From IMG/VR virus record IMGVR_UViG_2585427728_000005: a DNA stretch of 12,726 bases; one strand, given 5' to 3'. Positions 7,501 to 12,726 of the stretch are shown here, piece after piece. Each line of letters opens with the position of its first letter. Position 1 is the first letter of the stretch. This stretch comes from a virus (lineage: Duplodnaviria > Heunggongvirae > Uroviricota > Caudoviricetes). The notes under the pieces were generated by a model. The model searched no databases. It saw nothing but the letters and a program-made list of their open reading frames with translations, and had not been told where the DNA came from. The position numbers and the translations under genes are program-made.

Positions 7501-8610
7501 ATGACCGATACCACCATGCAATTGCTCAGTCAGGGCACAGACCCCGTGAAAATGCCGGATTTTGATATTCTCGCGGAGGGTAAAACGCTGTCAGGCGTGG
7601 CAGAGCGCCTGATGACCCTGTCACTGACCGACAACCGGGGATTTGAGGCGGACCAGCTCACCATCACGCTGGATGATGCGGATGGTCAGTTGCAGCTACC
7701 GCAACGGGGCGCGCGCCTGACGGTTCTCATTGGCTGGAAAGGCGAACCGCTGACAGAAAAAGGCACTTACATTGTTGATGAAATCGCACACGAAGGACCG
7801 CCGGACAGGCTGACTGTTTCAGCCAGAAGCGCAGATTTTCGGGATGAATTTAACGTTAAACGTGAGGTGTCCTGGCATGATGTGACCGTTGAGCGTGTGG
7901 TATCCGCCATCGCTCATCGGTATGGTCTGAAACCGCAAATCAGCGAAATGCTGATGGATATCGAAATCGACCACGCCGACCAGACCGAAGAAAGCGACAT
8001 GTCCTTCCTTACGCGCATGGCGGAAATGCTGGGCGCAATCACCACGGTAAAAAGCGGTAATCTGTTATTCATCATGCCCGGTGGTGGCGTGAACGCACAG
8101 GGCCAGCCGTTGCCCTCGTTCGCCATCACGCGCAGCAGTGGCGATCGCCATCAGTTCCGCATTGCTGACCGCGAAGCGTATACGGGTGTACGCGCCTACT
8201 GGCTTGATCTTAATTACGGGAAAAAGAAAAAAGTCAGCGTGAAACGCCGCAAACCGCCAAAACCCAAAAAGGAGAAAAGCAGCAGCCGTGAAGGTGATTA
8301 TATGGAAGGCGCGGAAGGAAATGTGTTTGTGTTACGCAAGACTTATCAGAACGAGCAGGCAGCAAGACGCGCAGCGGCGGCAAAGTGGCAGCAGCTACAA
8401 CGCGGAGCCGCATCATTCTCCATCACACTGGCTCGTGGACGCGCAGAACTCTACCCCGAAATGCATGGCACGGTAACAGGATTTAAAAGCGAGATTGATA
8501 ATCAGGACTGGATTATTGCGAAAGCCGATCACACCATTGATAACAGTGGCTTTACCACGCAGCTTGAGCTTGAGGCAAAAATCCCGGAATGGATAGCGGA
8601 AACAGAGTGA
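7501..8610 (+). CDS. D: P2 gpD-like tail protein (late control D family)
   Basis: 369 aa from the ATG at 7501, which has a strong GGGAGGG Shine-Dalgarno 5 nt upstream; the ORF-track start at 7369 is probably too far upstream. Size and sequence character fit the gpD family, and it lies upstream of ogr as in P2. Confidence 0.8.
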   Translation: MTDTTMQLLSQGTDPVKMPDFDILAEGKTLSGVAERLMTLSLTDNRGFEADQLTITLDDADGQLQLPQRGARLTVLIGWKGEPLTEKGTYIVDEIAHEGPPDRLTVSARSADFRDEFNVKREVSWHDVTVERVVSAIAHRYGLKPQISEMLMDIEIDHADQTEESDMSFLTRMAEMLGAITTVKSGNLLFIMPGGGVNAQGQPLPSFAITRSSGDRHQFRIADREAYTGVRAYWLDLNYGKKKKVSVKRRKPPKPKKEKSSSREGDYMEGAEGNVFVLRKTYQNEQAARRAAAAKWQQLQRGAASFSITLARGRAELYPEMHGTVTGFKSEIDNQDWIIAKADHTIDNSGFTTQLELEAKIPEWIAETE

Positions 8611-8657
8611 GCAACTGGGATGCATTAGTTCAGACACGGGCTAGCATGCTTACGTAC

Positions 8658-8700
8658 GGCACAGAAGCAAACCTAATTGGAGTTTTGCTCTGTGCCTTTC
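8658..8700 (+). terminator. Possible terminator hairpin downstream of gpD
   Basis: Imperfect 14-bp inverted repeat ggcacagaagcaaa (8658-8671) / ttttgctctgtgcc (8683-8696) with one bulge, followed by only a short TTTC tract. Confidence 0.3.
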
Positions 8701-8820
8701 ACCGATTGGCCAAGTGTAACCCGCCTTACACCAAGACGAATTATAATTGGCAACAATGTCAGTAGTTACTATAAATGTTTATAAACAAAGATTTATTTCT
8801 CCGAAGCTACAAGCACTACA

Positions 8821-11613
8821 CTAAATCTCAGCAATCTTTTTTTTACTGTGCTGTTCTATTATCAACTCTGCTTCCGCTTGGTATTCATGAGCTAACTCTC
8901 GAAGAATTCGGGCAAATCGATGAAAGCCTAGAAGTTCCATTGCATCAGACTTAGTGTGATATTGTTGGGCTAACTCCAATTCCGGTTTACCTTCTGGGTC
9001 AACAATGTAGACACCACGCGAATTTATTATCGCATTCTTATAACCAGTACGCACTTTATCAAGTTCACGTCTATTCAAAAACTCGGCCAGTTCTGGAAGT
9101 ATCCAATGCTCGTCATTTGCAGGGCTAAAAATTAATATGCTTCCAATCCTATGATAAGCAAAATCTAAATGGCCTGACTTTTCGCATTCTGTTTGGACAA
9201 AATCAAACCAGTTATTAAACGCCTTGACATCAAACTTGCCTTCAGCATCAACACCCGGAATCTTTTTCCAATCATCAAGTAAATAGAGTGAGTTTTTGGC
9301 AATATTTATTTCACTTTCAGATAGTTCTTTACTTGCTTTTTGAAATTCTGATCGATACGCATATTGAATGACTTCACAAAAAAAACTGGGTTCACTTGCA
9401 AGTTTTTTCTCTAATACTTGAGGATGCAACGAATCATTAGCCCCCCTGTTAATTACAGGTAGGTATGCCCATTCAATCTTTACTAAGTCGTCATCTGAAA
9501 CAGTGTTATCATTTTGAATATAATTCACAAGTTCATTAAATGAGTGAATATCAAACCGCTCAATATTTTCTGTGGTTCTAATTGATTGCAATAGAGCAAG
9601 CACAACCTTACTGCTATCAACTGAATTATCGATATGCAAAATTTTAGATAAACAATCTATTGCCATCAAGGGACGGTCTACTTTAATCAAGCAGTCTATA
9701 GCAAAATAAATTTCTTCCGTTGAATCACAGCTGTATGCATTAACAAGAGTATTTTTCCAATACTCGAAAGGAAAATCATCAAATGAAGCGTTTAATGCAT
9801 CCCATGTTTCTTTTTTAAACGGTAACAAAAGAAAAAAAGCAATCTTTTCTTGAGCACTCCAGTCATTAATAACTGTCAACACCCATGATTTTCCTTCTCT
9901 GTAGTTTTTAGCCTGTACATAACCAGAAGCAAGAGAATTTTCCTTTTTAATATCACTAACAATAAGTTTTTTCAGTATATCTAAAGGAATTTCTAGATCT
10001 TCTGCGACCAGGCTACTACCAACAAACTCAGGCCTTTCAATAGATAGAGAGAATTCTAAGACTCCATCAATACCATTAATAGCATATATTTCGCATATTG
10101 ATTGCCCTCGTTCTTTTGTCAACCTTTCTTCTTGGTCCCGCCAGTTTCCATTTTCATCAAATAGGAAGTAATTGTTTTGTGCAAAAAGTCGCTTGCTATA
10201 AAGCATAGGATCTTCGGGCTTCAAGACTGTAGAAACATCTTTGATTTTTTCATTTTGTTCTGGTTGCATTGCCCAATAAGCACCTGAGAATCTTTTGTTT
10301 TTGTTATAAACTTCTAAACATTTTTCCCACACCGCTAACTTCAATTCAGCACTATCTGTTTTTTTAGAAAAATCATACAATAGTTTAATTGCATCATCGA
10401 ATTTAAATGGCGCTAAACTACCAATATTTTCAACTAAATCAACAAGTCTTAATGATGATTTACTTGCCAATTCAATTGTTAATTGAGTGTATATTTCAAT
10501 CTGAGTACGGCACTCATCACCCGATGGCCTTTTATTAAAACCGTTAGGAATAAAGTTTCTAAAAGTTGGAATATGTGTGCCAGATGTTACTTGCGTGTTG
10601 TTGGGTAGCAACTGAACTAAAACACGCCATGCTGTATCGGGCCACTCCCTTGCCAATGCGTTGAAAGCAGCAATACGTCTATCTATATCAGCTGTAGTAT
10701 GAGGAAGCCATGGTAACAATATGTTGATTATCGAGTTAAGTGGCCTGTTAGCCCAATTGCCACCAGGATCATGGCTATCCAGCTCCCCTAATATTACTAA
10801 AGAGCGAGATAAATAGTTAGGCGCCCAAGCTAATCCTTCAATAGCCCATAGCAGTCCTGTCATATAATTCCGACCTGAAATTCCACCGATACCTTCCTGT
10901 GCAAAAAGTGAATCAAATGGCTTGTCTTGGTGAGATGCAGCATTTTCCACTTCGTCGATAAAACAGTCAGGAGCACTTTCCGCAAGCATAACTTGAATAT
11001 CTTGCGTACTAGCCCATAATTGCCAGCTAGAAGCCGAAAAAACCTCTTTAACCACACTTGAGGCGCAATATTGCCCTTTATATTTTGAGCAATTAGTAAG
11101 TAACTCTTGCTTTGTTGCAACTAATGCCAACCCTTCGGATAGTCCTTTCCTTATTAATCGGCTGTGTGGTAAAACCTTCCCATAAATTACTGCTGCATAA
11201 CGCTCTTCAGGTGCCAGTTCAAATTGTGGGTCGATAGTTTTAAAAACGGATACAACAGTCGTCCGAAACAAATCCAAATGATCATCGAATAATCTTGACG
11301 ATACCGTTTGAAATGTTTGTATTCTATCTTTAAAACTCCAAGAACCTCTCTCATGAATCAAAGGACTATCTTGCATCCCTTCAATTATTCTTAATTTTCG
11401 AATCCAACTGTCATATGACTCGCTAATAAGGCTTGTAATTATATCAATATCACCATTATTTTTTTCATCCCAGCAACCGACTAAAACAGCAATCGCTAAC
11501 TCAGTCGCATAATCAACATTATCACTATTGTATACAATTAAGTTACCAGCAACATTATGGCCTGTTCCGGTATGATTTTGACTAATTGAACTGCAGCTAT
11601 GAATGTTATCCAT
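8821..11613 (-). CDS. Large (~930 aa) protein of unknown function; second gene of the AT-rich cargo operon between D and ogr
   Basis: Uninterrupted 2.8-kb ORF in AT-rich DNA, where long open frames are unlikely by chance. ATG at 11613 with a GAGG Shine-Dalgarno 8 nt upstream; the ORF track starts at a GTG at 11619 that overlaps the upstream stop. I see no Walker A, HExxH, HNH or RT motif and cannot assign a family. Confidence 0.85.
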   Translation of the reverse strand: MDNIHSCSSISQNHTGTGHNVAGNLIVYNSDNVDYATELAIAVLVGCWDEKNNGDIDIITSLISESYDSWIRKLRIIEGMQDSPLIHERGSWSFKDRIQTFQTVSSRLFDDHLDLFRTTVVSVFKTIDPQFELAPEERYAAVIYGKVLPHSRLIRKGLSEGLALVATKQELLTNCSKYKGQYCASSVVKEVFSASSWQLWASTQDIQVMLAESAPDCFIDEVENAASHQDKPFDSLFAQEGIGGISGRNYMTGLLWAIEGLAWAPNYLSRSLVILGELDSHDPGGNWANRPLNSIINILLPWLPHTTADIDRRIAAFNALAREWPDTAWRVLVQLLPNNTQVTSGTHIPTFRNFIPNGFNKRPSGDECRTQIEIYTQLTIELASKSSLRLVDLVENIGSLAPFKFDDAIKLLYDFSKKTDSAELKLAVWEKCLEVYNKNKRFSGAYWAMQPEQNEKIKDVSTVLKPEDPMLYSKRLFAQNNYFLFDENGNWRDQEERLTKERGQSICEIYAINGIDGVLEFSLSIERPEFVGSSLVAEDLEIPLDILKKLIVSDIKKENSLASGYVQAKNYREGKSWVLTVINDWSAQEKIAFFLLLPFKKETWDALNASFDDFPFEYWKNTLVNAYSCDSTEEIYFAIDCLIKVDRPLMAIDCLSKILHIDNSVDSSKVVLALLQSIRTTENIERFDIHSFNELVNYIQNDNTVSDDDLVKIEWAYLPVINRGANDSLHPQVLEKKLASEPSFFCEVIQYAYRSEFQKASKELSESEINIAKNSLYLLDDWKKIPGVDAEGKFDVKAFNNWFDFVQTECEKSGHLDFAYHRIGSILIFSPANDEHWILPELAEFLNRRELDKVRTGYKNAIINSRGVYIVDPEGKPELELAQQYHTKSDAMELLGFHRFARILRELAHEYQAEAELIIEQHSKKKIAEI

Positions 11614-11618
11614 AGACA

Positions 11619-11939
11619 CTACCTCGTAATTTTATTTCCACCAATATTATCACCAGTGCCACTATGGTTTTGAATAATGACAGTTGCTGCATGAGGTTTT
11701 ATAGACGAGAGTATTTTTTGAATTTCACTACTATCCAATAGTTTTCTTTCAATTGCTATTTCACTCATTTCATCGTTCAAAGACAGTTTTTCAAGCTCTT
11801 TAGCTAAAGCAGGGGCTACAGCCTCATCAACAACCCAATTTTTTAACTTTTCTTTTATTGAAGTTGCAGTAATCGAAACATGATGTTTAAGCATGTCATA
11901 AACTATGCCAGAAAGTATCGTCGAAGATAAAAAATCCAT
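11619..11939 (-). CDS. Small (106 aa) predicted helical protein of unknown function; first gene of the cargo operon
   Basis: ATG at 11939 with an AAGGGA Shine-Dalgarno 8 nt upstream. Its TAG stop (11619-11621) lies 6 nt from the ATG of the large gene, suggesting translational coupling. The C-terminus carries the motif QNHSGTGDNIGGN, which is also present at the N-terminus of the large protein. Confidence 0.75.
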   Translation of the reverse strand: MDFLSSTILSGIVYDMLKHHVSITATSIKEKLKNWVVDEAVAPALAKELEKLSLNDEMSEIAIERKLLDSSEIQKILSSIKPHAATVIIQNHSGTGDNIGGNKITR

Positions 11940-12075
11940 AACAATTTTCCCTTAACGTAAGATATTTACTATCAAGATACATTTTAAATCGAAGAAAGAG
12001 CTTTTACCACGTATATTTATTGGCTAATAACATGATAATTCGACTGTCTGCTATTCGCTTAAAACGAAGAGTTTG

Positions 12076-12104
12076 TTGGAATTATAGCCAGCACGACCTA
12101 GAAT
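12076..12104 (+). promoter_or_regulatory. Candidate sigma70-type promoter for ogr
   Basis: TTGGAA (12076-12081), a 17-bp spacer, then TAGAAT (12099-12104), about 30 bp upstream of the ogr ATG. The region is AT-rich, so this could be a chance match. Confidence 0.25.
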
Positions 12105-12134
12105 AACATCAGCACTGCGTTAAGGGAGGTCGCT

Positions 12135-12395
12135 ATGTTCCGTTGCCCGCTTTGTGGCGCATCTGCCCGCATCCGTACCAGTCGTCCGGAAAATGATTCA
12201 AATACCGTGCGGCAAAAGTATTACCAGTGTAACAACTTGGAATGCGGCGTCTGCTTCTCAACACTGGAAGCTTTCCATAAGTTCACATCAAAACACGCCT
12301 CAAGTGTTCACTCTTCAGAGGGTATCCCGTGGCATGCTCTGCCTGCTTCACACAGGGGAAACAGTCAGATGAGTTTGCCCTTACCTCAGGATTAA
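12135..12395 (+). CDS. ogr: Ogr/Delta-family zinc-finger late gene transcription activator
   Basis: N-terminus MFRCPLCGASARIRTSR...YYQCNNLECGVCF carries the C-x2-C...C-x4-C zinc finger and aligns with P2 Ogr as I recall it (MFHCPLCQHAAHARTSR...YHQCQNVNCSATF). A GGGAGG Shine-Dalgarno lies 5 nt upstream of the ATG. It lies downstream of D as in P2. Confidence 0.85.
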   Translation: MFRCPLCGASARIRTSRPENDSNTVRQKYYQCNNLECGVCFSTLEAFHKFTSKHASSVHSSEGIPWHALPASHRGNSQMSLPLPQD

Positions 12396-12455
12396 CAAGC
12401 AGAATTGCCGGAGTAACAAAAAAGCGATAGATTACGCGCGGGTGCCTTTCGGCTG

Positions 12456-12719
12456 ATGGTCGGAGGGAATACCCGAAGGCCAGATGTGGAAAGGCCCCGG
12501 AAAACATTTCTGTTTAACCGAGGCCCTAACCGCATTACCTTGACAAGTGAAAGGTTAGCGCCTCTCCGGAAAAGGAGCAAGTGCTATGTCGCAAAAATCG
12601 CTTACGGCCATCACGTTCTGCGTGACGGCAATCCTCATCATCTGGATGCTGCACGGTTCGCTGTGCGAAATACGGATGAGCTTCTGGGGAGCGGAGTTTG
12701 CGGCGTTCTTACAGTGTAA
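12456..12719 (+). CDS. mok-like overlapping leader ORF of the hok locus
   Basis: An 87-codon frame that begins upstream of the hok-like gene and overlaps almost all of it in a different frame, as mok does in hok/mok/sok loci. Assigned by position only. Confidence 0.3.
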   Translation: MVGGNTRRPDVERPRKTFLFNRGPNRITLTSERLAPLRKRSKCYVAKIAYGHHVLRDGNPHHLDAARFAVRNTDELLGSGVCGVLTV

Positions 12720-12726
12720 GCAGTAA
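12586..12726 (+). CDS. hok: Hok/Gef-family type I toxin (small membrane peptide)
   Basis: 46-codon ORF, too short for the ORF track: MSQKSLTAITFCVTAILIIWMLHGSLCEIRMSFWGAEFAAFLQCKQ, ending in TAA at the last base of the window. It has an N-terminal TM helix, the conserved SLCE(I/L) block and an E-x-AAFL-x-CK tail that resemble HokA as I recall it. An AGGAG Shine-Dalgarno lies 8 nt upstream. Confidence 0.75.
   Translation: MSQKSLTAITFCVTAILIIWMLHGSLCEIRMSFWGAEFAAFLQCKQ

Noticed and set aside
8735-8750. GAATTATA present in both flanks of the cargo insertion (about 8738 and 12079), considered as a target-site duplication
   Set aside because: An 8-bp AT-rich match in AT-rich flanks is expected by chance, and no transposase or integrase is present in the insert.
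8887-8920. R-x6-H (RILRELAH) near the C-terminus of the large cargo protein, considered as a HEPN-like motif
   Set aside because: A single short pattern with no supporting context; such R...H spacings occur by chance in helical proteins. Only a profile or structure search could support it.
10860-11120. 86-aa minus-strand ORF inside the large cargo gene
   Set aside because: Alternative frame fully contained within the 2.8-kb ORF; no independent support.
11617-11619. GTG at 11619 (ORF-track start of the large cargo gene), overlapping the upstream stop
   Set aside because: The ATG at 11613 has a properly spaced GAGG Shine-Dalgarno, whereas the GTG has none, so the ATG is preferred as the start.
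12540-12545. Perfect TTGACA -35 hexamer on the plus strand upstream of the hok ORF
   Set aside because: No acceptable -10 element sits 16-19 bp downstream (the sequence there is cctctccgg), and it lies inside the presumed hok/mok transcript.
1-12726. Searched for CRISPR arrays, tRNA or rRNA genes, and transposase or integrase genes
   Set aside because: No spacer-repeat arrays, no cloverleaf-like conserved tRNA segments and no tyrosine-integrase or transposase-like ORFs were seen; the only recombinase is the serine invertase.

Overview
This window reads as part of a P2-like (myovirus) prophage late region; all identifications are by eye and from memory, with no database search. Left to right: (i) the inner half of what looks like a Gin/Pin-type invertible tail-fibre segment, with a terminator (54..83), a coiled-coil/TM protein gene (209..646, minus), a tail-fibre C-terminal cassette (678..1100, minus) and a gix-like crossover site (1050..1075); (ii) a serine DNA invertase gene (1130..1729, plus, GTG start); (iii) a contiguous minus-strand tail block gpU, gpT tape measure, gpE/E' chaperone with a candidate -1 frameshift site, gpFII tube and gpFI sheath (1758..7343); (iv) gpD on the plus strand (7501..8610); (v) a roughly 3.5 kb AT-rich insertion on the minus strand between D and ogr encoding a 106-aa protein and a ~930-aa protein that I cannot assign to any family, the best candidate for an undescribed phage-borne accessory or defence system; (vi) an ogr-type zinc-finger late activator (12135..12395); (vii) a Hok/Gef-family toxin gene (12586..12726) with an overlapping mok-like frame, absent from the ORF track. 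Many ORF-track entries are antisense shadow ORFs inside real genes and are not reported. No rRNA, tRNA or CRISPR array was seen.
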